Assembly: GCF_001194135.2 (NCBI RefSeq)
Contig: NC_068985.1
Span: 121,665,734-121,729,733, forward strand
Source of the DNA: Octopus bimaculoides
Lineage: Eukaryota
DNA: 64,000 nucleotides
Direction of reading: 5' to 3'
Positions 34,201 to 49,200 of the stretch are shown piece by piece. Below the pieces are notes generated by a model. The model was given only the letters and a program-made list of their open reading frames with translations, was not told where the DNA came from and did no database searches. Positions within the stretch are counted from its first letter, which is position 1. Each line of letters begins with the position of its first letter. The translations under genes and the position numbers were made by a program.

Positions 34201-37200
34201 AAAACCACTACTCCTCTATCACCCTTACACCACAATGAGACTGTAGCGCTACATAGGCTCCTGGTTACAAGATGGCAACAGGTCTGTCTATATACAGTAC
34301 CTACAACCATCATTCCCTTTCCTCCATGTGATTCCAAGTTGACATCTAGCATTCTAACTTCGCCCTCAGTTACTCATTTTTGGCCTTTCTACTGTCATCA
34401 CTTCCTATCCAATTCCCCTCTTTGTTCTACACACCTTAGATCACTGAATACTCTCTACATTTACTATGTACAAGGCTCCCCACCCTCCTGTGCTAGTTCC
34501 ACAACGTACCCACTTCCAGTACAGTACTCCCAGTGACTGGTAATAGAGAAAACCTCTCTAGTACTGCTAACATGAAATGTGTTATTAGTTCACACTGTAA
34601 AGTGGTTGACAAATGAGCAGAGAAAACGTAGGGCTGCGAGGTCCCTATAGTCCTATCTCACCAAGGATTATTCAACTGCTTTAGTGTTGGTATGACAATA
34701 AAAATGCATCCACCAGTAGAAACCAAGACAAATGACACATACAAGCAGCAGTCTAGGGGAAGAATGGTTCCTAATAAAAGATGACTTAGATTGTGATGAC
34801 CTGTTGAACCCATTCCAACATGGAAAGCTCAATACAATGATGATAATGTAGAATGTTGCAGAAATAAATGAAAAAAAAACTTGATATAGGGAGAAAAATT
34901 AGCAAAAATTTGGAGAACATGAAATTTGCATTGAAAAATGTTGGATGGTGTATGGCAAGTACTTAGTGAAATCATATTACTAATGTAGATTTACCTCAAT
35001 ATTCTGATTCAAATATGAATAAGCAAATTAAAGTGATCTCAAGTAGTGTGGTACAAAAATGGTTTAAAGGGAGAAACATAAAACAGACAAACACAAACAT
35101 ACCGATCTGAAACATTTTATTGAGACATCCTGTTGCTTTCTGAATAAGGATATCCCATCTGCCATGGAAAAATCTTTTTCTTGGTAATCCCATCACTCTC
35201 ATTTTATCAATTAGAGAATCAGTACCAATGACATAATATTTCTTATCTGGATGGTTTTTGTACATATTCAAAGCCCATGAGGTCTTTCCACAGCCAGGCA
35301 AACCAATTAACATTATCATCTATATAAAACAAAAGAAAACATATTTAGAAATCAAACATGACACAGTTACAGGAATCAACTACATAAAAATAGTAATATT
35401 GAAGATATTAGGAAACACAAGATTCTAAGTTTGTAACACATGACTTACATCAATCTCGTGATAAGATTGCAATTTTGTCCTACCATTACAACAACTGGTT
35501 TAGATTTCAACATATTTTAGAATTAGAATGATGCTCAAGTCTTTAACATTGGCGAAACAATATTTTAAAAACATTAGGATTAATATAACTAAAAAGTTAT
35601 ATATTATTGATACTAATGTTAGATGAAAGAAGCAAGAGTTCATCTGTCTGTAACTGAAGCAGCAGCAGCTGGGGTACACAACAGCGTCTCTAAGTACCAA
35701 CTACACAATGGTAATTTTACTTTTCCGATAGATCATTAATCAAATACTGTTAAACAGAATCTCTTACGTTATTTACATTTGACGGATATTTATCCTCATC
35801 TTGTTTGTTGTTCGATTCCAAGCAGGAGAAATTTCGAACCTGGGTTCTCATTCCTAAGATGGTTGTTATTGTTATTATTATTATTTTTATTATTATTATT
35901 CAGGTCACTGCTTGGAATTGAACTCGGAATCTTGGGGTTAGTAGCCTGCGATCTTAACCACTACGCCATATGCCTGTGGGCAATTATGGAGTGAATTTTT
36001 AGGGCTTATAAATCTAATATTTTCCTATATTATAAATATATATAGTTGTTAGATCAGGTAATGAAAGTCACGGAGAGGGTCATAGCCCAACTAATTAGGG
36101 AGAGAATCAGTTTAGATGAGATGCAGTTTGGGTTCGTGCCAGGGAAAAGCACCACTGAAGCTATATTTCTGGTAAGACAGCTGCATGAGAAATACCTAGC
36201 CAAAGATAAACTTCTGTACCTGGCTTTCGTTGACATCTGGTGGTCAATGAGGAAACTAGGGATAGATGACCAAAGACTGCATGTACTCCATCCCATGCAG
36301 CTGTGGTAGGTTATACAAAGGCGAAACATGCCGTCCCTCAAAATAAGGGTAGAGGAAGATCGCAAAGCTGTGACACGAAGAGATATTAATAAATCAGGTA
36401 TAGCTGATCATGTATGGAAAAATGGAGACCACCTCCCCCTGTGGGATGAAGTTAAAATAATAGACAGAGAACACCACTGGAAAATACAAAAACTAAAAGA
36501 AGCAGCACATATGCTAGGACACAACAACCTCCTAAGCAGACCGAGTGCAGATATGAATAGCATATGGGAACCAGTATTAAGGAAGGATAGGAATATATTA
36601 GATTTATAAGCCCCAAAAATTCATTTCATAATTGCCCACAGGCATATGGCATAGTGGTTAAGAGCCCAGGCTACTAACCCCAAGATTCCGAGTTCGATTC
36701 CAAGCAGTGACCTGAATAATAATAACAACATCAAAAAATACCTTAGGAATGAAAACCCAAGTTCGAAATTTCCCCCAAGACACCTGATGAAGGCAGGAGG
36801 GTATATCAGCCAAAATGTTGTGTTAACAACAAACAAGATGAGGACAAATATCCGTCAATTGTAAATAATTCCTCATCTCTTAAATATAGAACAGGATCTC
36901 TTAGTTTATAAATGCAATGGTCTCACTCTTTGAAAGCTAATATTTTAAGGTACAAGCCTGGTTAAATTATTATTACAAGATTGACTGTCTACAACTTGAT
37001 AAACTTGTGAGAGCTGCTAAGTATTTACAATGAAGGAAGACATTATCTAATATAGATTTGTAACTAAACATAAGAATTCTAGAAACGTTTTAGAGAATTC
37101 ATTTCTGTTATCTTTTGTCCCCTTCAAGACAGTTTAAAACTTAACACGTTGAAATTAACAATTATTCTGTTTCACCTAGTAATGTTAACTTGGAGGTAAA

Positions 37201-40200
37201 CGATGTTATTATTCAAGGCAAACTAATTTGACCAGTGAATATTGGTTATTGATTTATGTTGGTGATATCATACACACATCTCCACATCAAAGTAAATAGT
37301 ACATTCTCTTCAATAAAGCTAGTGTTACTAAAATGTACGGTTTTTTTTTGGGGGGGGGGGCAGTAGCTAGATCGTAATTATAAAATATGGCAAATATCAT
37401 CTATCCCTGAGATTTAACTAAATAAACAAATTTGTTTCTAAATGTTATATCTAAATGTTGCTATATGATTATCAGATTTAGCAAACTTAGAATCATAGCG
37501 ATCATGTTAATCAAATTAGTTCAATTAACAAATGTAATTGAATGTAGATACAACTTTACAATTAATTGTTACTATTTCCAGCTGTAGAAACTCTGCCAAA
37601 TCAGATTGGAGCCTGGTGTAGCCATCTGGTTCACCAGTCCTCAGTCAAATCGTCCAACCCATGCTAGCATGGAAGGCGGACGTTAAACGATGATGATGAT
37701 GATGATTTTGAACTTTACCATGTAATTATTTTCTAGTGTTACACAAGCCACTATTCTATATTAATTTTTTTTAAAAGATAAGAATACTGGAGAAGAATTC
37801 AGAAAGCTTAGATTTGCTTGAAATGATTTAGAATTATCATTTTAGATCTTTAAGCCATGGACTACAAAAAATACTATTTTAATACCAAAGATAAAGTTAA
37901 AAAGACTTTGTAAACCTTTCTTCTCAGATTCACATAACTGATCATCAGACAGAAACGAACTTTTTGAACTATACAAAAACTACTGTACCATTCCAAAGGT
38001 TTCAATTCTCCCCGATAATCAGTTATTGAAACTAGGAGCAAGCAAACAGTTTTCAGTTTCAATAAAATATATTCTCTCCCTCTCTCTCTCTCTCTCTCGT
38101 GCATGCAATCTACAGAGGAAATCCATAAAAAATAAACCAAAACTGCAAGAAGTCTATGTCATACATTTACTAAACCTTAGAATAATTGTTAATTTGCAAT
38201 TCAACTGCACAAAATATCCAGCTAAAATTGATGAAACAATTCAACAGAAACTAATGAAATAACCACTAACCTCACATTCAGTCTTTGTGTTAGGACATTT
38301 AGAACCTCGTACTCTTTCATTTACATGAACATGGTCAATATAAACAAAACCAGGTGGCGGTGGAAACCAGGCTGCTGTTTGTCCGAAGTTTACTTTGAAC
38401 CTAGAATGAGAGAGAAAAGAATGAAGGCTGATTTCATATTCTAATTAAATAATAAGTAAGACAGTTATTCTGAAACTGAGAGACCCCTGCCTCCAAACAA
38501 AAAACAACAAAAGTTGGAAACAGGATATTTAAAATATAAAGGTAAACTTTTCATTTCTAGCCTCATGTTAATTATAACTAAATTATTATTTAAAGCTAAG
38601 TTTGAGCAGTACGATTTAAATTCTAAAACAAAGCATAATGTTAATTAGATGAGTAAAACAGTAAATAAAGGAGATATCTTATTAAATTAGCAAAATGGGA
38701 GTGGGGACGAATAATTTAGCTTAGTAAATAAATGATGCATGGTTTGATCCCAAAGTGTAACACCTTGAGCAAGTGTCTTTTAATGTAGCCTCACATTGAC
38801 CAATACCCTGCGAGTGGAATATGGTAAAGAGAGAAACTGTGCAGAAATCTACAATGTGGGGTGGGGGGAGGGGACACGTGAATGTTTAGCAAGTGTAAAA
38901 GTGAAGTTGTGAGAAAAGGTGCAACTTAGCAATTCAATAACATAGACTGAAATAAGTACTGGTGTGGATATGACCAACTAAAACATTTGAAGTTGGTATC
39001 CCAGTAGAGTCACAGTCCAATAACTAAAACAAAACAAAACAAAATAGTATTTAAAAAATTTAGGTATGAATTCTAGAAGTTAAATCACTAAAACATTATC
39101 TATAAATTTATCGCTTCATGTCAGAAGAATATCAGACATGAACCCTAGGAACATTATGCTGTCAATATTTTCCAAAAGGCACGTCATTTTGAAAAGATTT
39201 GTGTGGGTACTAATATAGCTCTGAGAATCTGTCAATCCAAATTCAGATAGACACGTTATTCTAACAATAAAATTATTTCATTTGATTCCTTGAATGTATA
39301 AATTTATCATAACAATGTACTTAGAGTGCATATTGCAAAGGAAATTAAATTAAAATGATCTTACTTGCAATTCTTTGAAAGAATATGTGGAAAGAGAGCC
39401 ATGTTTTCTTTCCCAATAGGATGTGAAGTGAGTGGACAAGCCACACCAAGCCACCGACCATTTTTAGAGTATGAAATAGTAGGTGGTCGTGATTCTAAAT
39501 CTAAAAGGCATCCAATTACATCTCCAGCACAAAATGTTTCACCATAGTTGGAGAATTTGCAATTGACGGAGAACTTTCCAGTACCACCATAACCATAAGA
39601 ATTAGCTTCTTCTCCTGGACAATAAGAAAAAATTTTAAATTAATGATTAACTTTCATAGAATATATTTTCTTGGGTTAGTTTGAAACAATGCAATATTAG
39701 GAGTATACAAAATTTCTCTAGTATAAAAAAAAATGTTAGATGAAGCTTGTTTTATCCATACCTAATTGGTATGAGGACTTATTAATAGACCATCCAACTC
39801 TCACAACATGAGGGTGTTCTTCTCTGTGATCTTCACCAAAATTTGCAGACAGATGCTCAATAACATGAACCTCATAAAATACCTGGAAAATAATAGCAAA
39901 TATATTTTCAAATAAATCCTGTTGCTTTTGTCTAAATGTTAAAAATAAATACATTAAAAAAATTCCATTGTTTTGTAACTAAGTTATAACGTAACAGTTT
40001 CAAATCTAGACATGCCAGTCATCTAAGAACCTTAGAAGTTAAGAATGAAGTAGACAGAATATTAATAACACTTTCAGGTGTTACTATTAGTTTCAAACAA
40101 TCATTCAAAATACATAGCCCAGTGGAGTTGTAGGTATACAGTAAAATACACAACCTCCTCTCATTATCTTTCCAAGTTATCGTCCAACCTCACATTTTCC

Positions 40201-43200
40201 ACCGTCTTCCTCCCTGTCCATTGCCTGACGTTGATCAAATACTCCCTGTGATCTTCCTATACCTCTTTTACAAGGGGTTTTGTATACATGAAACCATATT
40301 TGTGAGTGGTAGAGTGGCATGGTGATGCGTTAAATTGACAAATCACTTAATAAAGTTAAGTATTAGAAATTTCACATTGTTGTCCAGAGATATTCCTAAC
40401 AGATGAAAGGGTGGAAAATAAATTGTTTATATAATATAGACGTGTATGTGGGCATGCAATAAGAGACCTAGTTTAAAATACAATTTCAAACTGGACCCAT
40501 TCACTATAGGTATGAGGCATGCTTCTTATACATCTAGTATCTACTGTAAAATAAAGTCAACTAACAAATCAGGATTACACCAAGACAAACCAATGGATTA
40601 AAGAATGAAACAGGATACTAGAAATGGCTTCTGCAGCAGAGATCCTCACAGAGTGAAATAGATGTACAATGTAAAATCTTACTTACATTGTAAAATATAG
40701 ATGAGGAAAAATTTTTTTTTCCCCCTTTTCATCTTATAAGATATTTAAAAGTTGGCAAAGAATTGTTCCATGATAAAAGAAGTATTTACGAAGTTATTCT
40801 ACTGAATAATGTTAACATTTTTTAACATTGCTGAAATGAATAAGTTAAAAATAATATTTCTGAAAAAAGGAAAAGGATAAATAAAAAAAATGTAACCANN
40901 NNNNNNNNNNNNNNNNNNNNNNNNNNNNNNNNNNNNNNNNNNNNNNNNNNNNNNNNNNNNNNNNNNNNNNNNNNNNNNNNNNNNNNNNNNNNNNNNNNNN
41001 NNNNNNNNNNNNNNNNNNNNNNNNNNNNNNNNNNNNNNNNNNNNNNNNNNNNNNNNNNNNNNNNNNNNNNNNNNNNNNNNNNNNNNNNNNNNNNNNNNNN
41101 NNNNNNNNNNNNNNNNNNTATTATGTTAAATTGTTGAGAACATGGGAGACATAAAGGGGAAACTTCTTTTCCCTTCTCACACACAGAATAATTCATTCAT
41201 ATCACATATTTTCTTCTGAATAATTTCATAGTAATAAATACTTTACATGGGTTTTCTTAAATTCTGACAAATTAACTACAGGTGCACCAACAACTTTATC
41301 ACCCAGACAACATAGATTTGTATCAATGCACCAATCAACCAAACATTAGATGGGGGGGGGGGTTCAGAAATTGCATTTTAATATTTTGAGCCATGATAGC
41401 ACTTTCACTGACTTCAAAATGTGTGTGCATGAAAGTGCATAACCATAAATTTTGGCTTTAAAAAAGCCCTCATTCAAAGTACACATGCATACATTGCAAA
41501 TGAGATTACATTTGCATATCCTTGTCACTTTGGCTATAAACACAAATAATACGATAGAAAGAAATTAAGAATAAAGTTTTAAATCACCCAAAACAGAAAA
41601 GCTGATTTTTTTTCTCTCTTCTAAAGAGAAAAACTATTTTCAAAAGATGAAAATAATTTTAGCCTGTAATTCACAGGCGCTGAAAGAAGAGAACTATTGT
41701 AGAAAGAAATTTAAAATAGAATTATGCAATTCATTGTTTTCTGAATGTAATAAGCAGCATCTTCGGCTTTTAGTTTTTCATTGATTTGATGGATGTAAGA
41801 AATTCTCTGATGACAAAGAAAAAAGGAAGTTTGCTTGAAAAAGTAAGTCAGATTTCAGTAATGTACTAGCTGTGTGACCAACTCCTGTTGACAGCACACA
41901 ACTAAAAACAAGTATGAACCTGCTTTACATATTTAAAATTCCTCATTTTCTTATGGTTTTTATCACACTATATAGCTTGGAACAGTTTTCTGATTTGCCA
42001 GCTCCTGTGAAACTGTCCTACCATTACCAGTATGGAAAACAGATGTCAATTTTTTTTTCTTCTTCCCCTTTTGAAAATTTAGACACTTGCTTATTATTTA
42101 CAGTTGGGTACTTTCCTAACACCAACTAATCAGCACTAGTTAGGCAGACAATGAGACTAGTATAGTCCAGAGATACAATGATTATATAGGAATGAAATAT
42201 GAATATATGGTTAGTTCCTTAACCTCAAACATATTGCTAAATAACGATGCTGATATTCAATGAAAAATAGGAATAAAATTATTCAATTCCAATTATTCTG
42301 ATGTCAGAGGTTATAAATTTCTCATGACTTTTATTTCTCTTCCTTTTATTTAATGCATGTTTATTGGGAAAACAAAAGAGAAGCTTTATAAAAAACATAT
42401 AGAAAAAGTAAAGAGTGATACGAATGAGTAACAAGAAATTCTCCTGATCACTGAAATAATTCTGGACACTGTACGTGCCAACAAAAGTATGGCTGTGTGA
42501 AGTATCTTTACCTGGAGACAGATTTCTAATGTGTTGTTAAAAAAGATTTTTTTTAAGTGGACCTCAGGTTCACGTGAGAAATATTTTTGTGTACAAATGG
42601 GTATTGCATATTTAATGATTGCTACCTAAAGCACACTGGAAAACTCGATGGAATGGGAAAATTAACTTGATCTGTCATGCTGATTTTGCAAATCACTACT
42701 TAATGATAGTAACAACCAGTTAACTTCTTTATATCCCAGCATTCGACTTGGAGAGAAACAACACCTTTTTTGCCTACATAAAAGAAGATGAGTTTGCTAC
42801 TTTAAAATTATTAAGAAATTACAATTTTTTTTTTATAAATTCAAGAACCATTTTTCATATTCCTATAAGATGTGAGTGGCATCTCAACTAATAATGGTGT
42901 ATGTGTATATATATATATATATATATCACAGTGGTATTCATGAGTTTATAATTTTCATTACCAGGCATCAAGCTGAAGCAGTAAATTTTTAATGGTGTAT
43001 TTCATTAATTTAACAAGGAAGCTTACTTTCATTGCTGAAATCTAGAACAAAAATAAATATTTCAGATTGCAGTTTAGTCTTCGAATGTCATTCATATAAT
43101 CTACTGTTTAGCTATGCATTTGCTTCATTTAAGTAGGGATAAAATAATAACTGTTATTTACATCAATACAAAACACACATAAGGTGTGCCTTTATTTGAT

Positions 43201-46200
43201 ATTAATGTCTTTGATTTTGTATGATATTACAATCAAGTCCAACTATTTCTATTCTATGTAGGTAATAATGAACTAAATCATTAGATCCTAAAGCCAGGGC
43301 TGGAATATATTCAAGTCACTCAAGACTTATGCCTTTACCTAAAATTATCACTCACTATTCAGGTCTTGCAAAAATTATTGGTTTTATTTTATCACCTTTA
43401 TAGAAATCTCAAAAATATAAAATATAAATGAATAAAATAAAAAGATCTGTAAAGTGAGCCATTAAAGAAAATGGATTTAATTAATAAAAAAAAAAGATGT
43501 TATGGTTACCAAAAAAAAAAAAAAAGAAAAAATATGTAACTCAATTTTTCCTGTTTACCTTCAATGTTTTGAATAAAATTCTCCAATTGAATTTTATATT
43601 ACTGAATCGTAGTAGGCTTTTATTTTAATGTATCTAATTTCAAAAGAATTTGCCATCAATAGCATTAAAAATAACATTTATCAATTAGATAAGGAAAATA
43701 AACTGCAAGCCTTAATTATTGTAATTTTTCTGCAATCCTTAAGCAACTCTCAACAAAGCATGAATAAATTCAACTCTATTTTAATCAAGGGCTTCACTGA
43801 AAATAAAATGCATCCAAGAAAATAGTTTTACAGAAATTTATGAGATTTCACCCTTGATTACTTAAATGTCACTATCAGTGGTATTAATGTATCAAAAGCT
43901 ATTAATCTTATAAACAAATTTTCTCCATAATTTTGTTCAAATGTGCTTTATTTATACACATATGTGTGTGTATATTTACACACTAAAGTGTATTTTGCCT
44001 CAAACCAATTGCATTTGTTAATGAATGGACAATAAAATGGTGACTGAAGAAAATATGCTGTTGCTCTAGGAAAACAAACTGTTACGTGACAGATTACATG
44101 ATACTACCTACTTGGTGTAAATTTTGGGTGGAATTGAAGAACATAGATTAATTGTAGTAGCATGCACACAGAGACGGACTGATCAAATCACTACAACTTA
44201 TTGTAACACTACCATGACAATTCAAACTGATTGCAGACAACAGAAAAGACAAAACAATAAAAAGAGAAAGATACTAACATGCAAACAGTCAGGTTAACAT
44301 TTTGTAATAGCCAGAAGCATTTCCAATACTCAATCTCCAAGCAAACATACACAAATATAGTTATGTCCATATGAAATATTGGTTTGTTTGTAGTATTTTT
44401 TCCTCTTCTTCCATTTGAAAATAGGAAGTACCTAGGTATTTTCTTTGTAGCTTATACTAGCAGACCAAAAAATTTTCCAACTGAAACAAGCAGGAATAGT
44501 TATACAAAAATGACCTATATCTAAACTATATTGGTGAAATGATTTACTTCAATATGTTCATTAAAAAACAAAAAAAAACCCTTAAGAACCTGAAATAAAA
44601 CATCACCAAAACACGCAGAAAAAAAAAATCTGACATGTGGTAGGTTACTAATAAAACTGATAGAGCTAAACATCAGCTAAATCTTTGTGATAACTGTTTA
44701 AAAGTAAAAAAAATAGCTATGTATTAATACTGCTGTTAACATTTTTCTCATATAAATAGGAACAAATATTTAACAGAAATCCTTTTCAGAAAGATGGATA
44801 AAAAAAAAAAATCAAATATGCAAATTAACAGCAAAACTAACTGAAATATATAAACATAGCAAGATATATTTAGCATGCAGTATTGGTTAGGAAATAGCTG
44901 GTGTTTCAGTAACCACGCCTTCCCCTGATCAACTAATTTTTATATCAATTTGCAAAGATCAAACATCAACAAAAAAAATTAAATAAAAACAAATGAATCA
45001 CTTGACTTTTGAAAATGATTGTGGATATCGTTAAATAAAATATTTTCACTGTATACTTTATATTCACCTTATTACAGTTAACTTAGTTATAACATGATTA
45101 AACTAAATAAAAGCAAAATTCAGTAAACTGTGCACACCACTAACAAAATCAGTGCAAATTCTTGATATTATTTCCACCATCCTTTTTAACCTAAACTAAA
45201 GCAATTCCTTACATGGTCATTTGTGTTGTTAGAAAAAGCAGCCAAATTTCTCTCAAACCATACCTTAAGAATTCTTAAAAGGAAAATATTAGCAATGTAA
45301 TTCTTATGTATGGTCTGACATAGAAGATGAGATGGTCAAGACTAAAATACCTTTAATCAGAAGTACTCAATTTATGAACTGAGCCAGAGTTAAACAACTA
45401 CCTAGTCTAAAAGGAACAAAAAACTGTATTTTAGTTTGTTCTTTCTTCCATTTGTAAAAAAGATAACAGCATTTCAGAAGCAGTATCAAACTAGCAGACT
45501 CAGAGTTACACATTCAAACCCTACTTTCAAACATCCACTATAATAAAAGTCTATGAAAGAGATTTCCTCAACAACAGGAATTGTCACAACCATTGCGAAA
45601 TATATATAACTGGAATATGAGCCACCAACACCTACCTGTCTACCCAAGAAGCTGATCTGGGCTCAGTAGTGTAGTACAATTCTAAAAATTAAATTTAAGC
45701 TAAACAAAACTTAAAATATCATCATCTTCAAGACACAGTTAAATAGAGAAATTTTGCAAGTGGGTCTGTTTTTACATCCTTTGTTGTTACAAAAACCACA
45801 CAACACAATAAAGAGCTGAAGAGAAAGCCCCCAAGTGGTTGCTTGAGCTGCTAGAAATTGCAGCAAAACATCCTTCAAATCAAAGTTTATTATCTAAACA
45901 AACAAAAAAAGAAAAAGAAAAAATAGACATATTGGATAACATAATAGATGTAATATATCTGAAAACAAGATGGGATAGTTATGATTGAAGGACATTTGAT
46001 CACAGACCATGGTTGGCATAAAAAGAAACAACATGAAGAGTTAGAGGGGTATCAACTGAATTACACAATCAATGATAGGACATAATTGCTATATTGAGAA
46101 TATTAAGCTGTTTCATTATAAATTAACAAAATACCACTAAATACACATCTTATAACTTGTTTGTGTGTGTGTGAATATATATTCACACACACGCGTGCAT

Positions 46201-49200
46201 GTGTATTTGTGTGTACCCTTGCCTTGACATTATGTGATGGTTGTAAATGAATACTACCCATTATACAAGTAATGTTTGTTTTCAGTTTTCCATGAAAAAC
46301 GTCTGGCCATGATGAAATATTACCTTGCTTAGAAACAGGTGAGGTGAGTGACAGAAAGGGCATCTGACTACAGAAAAACTACCTCAACAAATTCCATCTG
46401 ACCCATGCAAGCATGGAAAAGTGGACATTAAATGATGATGATGATGCTGTTGGCCAACAGTGAGTTGTTGGAGTGTTTAACAGACTGCTTTTCAGTATTT
46501 GTTCTAGCTCCCTGTATATTGAGTTTAAATCCTGCTATGGTAAACTATGCCTTTCTTTCCAGGACCTATAAAGTACCAGTACTATACCGAAGTTGATTCA
46601 TCTCAATCTTTCTACCTGGAAGAATTTGGCTATGAACAGACCCAGAAAGAGATGATCACCACTAAGTTTAAAATTGCTCAAGAAACATTGTCATGATGGT
46701 ACTCTTACTACTCTATTAGAGGTTGAGGAACCAAAGCTAAGCAAGTTGTAAAAATATATGTTGACAGGTTCACTAAGCCACTCTTACTCATAGTATCATA
46801 AGCACAGACGAGGAACTCCATAACCAGATGTACAGGGTCGCTAAAAATGGCTTCTGAGAGAGAATATTTGGTACCTTCCATTGGCTAGTCCAGGTTACAT
46901 GAATAGCTTGAAAAGATAGCAACAACATAATTTTGTTTATTTTCACAAGGTAGAGGAGGAGACAGTCAGGTGATGTTACATGGTTGGCAGCAAGTAGGAT
47001 TTGACAATGTAGTGACATCAAATAGTGATGGGATGAATTAAAGCTGTTCCACATGGCAATGTAACTGGTCCGGTGGTGTCAGATTACTTATCAGTAAGCA
47101 GCTGGGTTCTGGAAGGCCATGTTAATGGTATGCAGAAAATAAATAATCTCACTATAGACAAGCAGAGATTGCTTACTCCGCAATTATGCATGGGCATGAT
47201 AGACTTAACATGTTATTTCTAGGCTTTCAACAACCAAGGGTTCAAAGTTAATTAATGATGGAGGCCCTTTATAATTAACAAGATGTATCTTTGATGACAA
47301 CAAAACAATAGATCAGTTTTCCGGTTGATAGATACTGCAGACGTTGCAATATATGATTTTTTTTTTTTTTTTTTTTTTACAGAGGCAGAGTTCACAACAA
47401 TGTCCTCTAAGTAATTATGGAAGGATGCAATGTTCGAGAAGTTGTTCCTTAATCCAGGGTCTCCAGATAAGACAGAAATTTCCTTGTCCCTACACCTGAC
47501 AGAGTACATTTGTTGTGTAAATCTTCCCTTGAAATCAAACTTACATGGTCACAAAGCATCTTGTGATGCCATCAGATGCTGTGAGTAAATCTGGAAATAA
47601 TAGTCTTTCACATATAGCAAGCATCCCCTGGCAGTCAGTCTTTGTAGGTACATGTAATTTTTGTTATAGTGTACAATATTATCTGAGCATGAGTAAGCTC
47701 ACTTTAATATTACAAACATTAAGAGTTTATGACAAATATGGATGTTTGAGAAATGCTGTTGAAATAGAGACAGGAAGCTTCTAGCTATATTAGCAGATAC
47801 ATCTAATGTTGAATGGAACATTGACATGACACATGTATATCATGACTCATACACTGTTCACTTCACTGACTTTTGTACATAATTCTATGTACTATACATG
47901 CACCCTTGATGAGTTGTAGGGTACCTGAACACTGTACACAATAATTTCATTATTATGTACACACACACACACATAAACATTTACATACACACACTGGAGC
48001 TTAAAAGGGCTGCACAGGCTGGTTCTCATTTTCAGTTGAGTAAACTGGAACAACATAAATTGTCTTGCTCAGGAAACAAATGAACCAACCAAAAACAGAC
48101 TCAAATCAATGACCTTATGATGATGAGCTCAATATGCTAATCACCAGGCTATGCACCATGTGTGTGTGTATGCATGGTAGCAAAACATAAGCTTTGAATG
48201 CAGAGAATTTATGATGATTAGAATGAAATATGAAGTGGACATGCTCCATTGTATACATACTATTAGTGTACATGAACAAGAGAGTACAAAAGAGCCAAGA
48301 GAAAATCAGAACATAAGAGGAAATCGACGTAAAAGAGAAAAGACAGAAATGGTAGGAGCATGTTATATATATATATGAAAGAGAACAACTGCATAAAAAA
48401 GTGTCACATGTTCAAAGGAACAGAACTTCAGAAGAGAGAGACAAAGGAAGACATGGGACAATGTGGGAAAGAATGATTGAAGTTGTTGCTTCTCAATAAG
48501 ATAAAGGATTGCAATGTCTGGTAACTCAATGTAGGAAATAACTTGATTACTTGTACAAGTTTGTTTTGCACATATAGGTACAGTAAAAGAGGCTAGTTAA
48601 GAAGCTTGCTTCACAATCACAAGCTCCTGGGTGCAATCTCGTTGCATATCTTAGACAAGAGCAATTTTATATAGCCATTGGTCAAACTGGACAAAAGGAA
48701 ATTGTGTTGACACCAGTGAATGGATTGTACTTGTATTGAAAGGTCCTGCTTTGCTATATTGTGTCATGTTGATTCCATCCAAGAACTACACACTATTTGA
48801 AAGAGCTTGGAAGCTCTGAAAGAAATTGACAGATTCATTAAGGCATATACTGCTCTGTGTGTGTAGATAGATAGACAGATGAATATAGATACATATACAC
48901 ACATTTATATATACATATTTACAAATACAAGTCAACAGTGACTTGAAGTTTGTTGGCCAACAAACATAAAAATTCTGAATTCCCTGAGAACTTTCCTTGT
49001 AAATCACCACTTAGATGTACTGAGTGATCCTGCCAACATTGTCCAGTTGCTTTTATGTATAACTATGCATAAAAGGAAACATTATCTCTCCAAATTTACC
49101 TTGCCTGATCAGTACAAGCCTCACCACCACTACCACTCACACACACACACTGTTCACATTATAAAGTGGTTTGTTGAATGAGCAGTGGTAGTGTAGGGTT

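Larger units (their letters stand above)
35767..36890 (+). mobile_element. Penelope-like insertion with inverted pseudo-LTRs and captured RTE fragment
   Basis: Left arm 35769-36028 is the reverse complement of right arm 36587-36868. Contains an RTE RT piece (36046-36245) and a GIY-YIG C-terminus (36262-36609; YSIPCSCGRLYKGETCRP, SGIADHVW, KLKEAAHM). Flanking direct repeats acagaatctctta (35754-35766) / acaggatctctta (36891-36903). Confidence 0.85.

Noticed and set aside
36641-36712. Possible tRNA gene (also SINE head 13221-13290)
   Set aside because: Has A/B boxes but no convincing cloverleaf or acceptor stem, and is embedded in repeats.
41665-41855. Plus-strand AG...GTAAGT interval suggesting a nested antisense exon
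   Set aside because: The frame I checked hits a stop, and there is no recognisable protein or partner exons.
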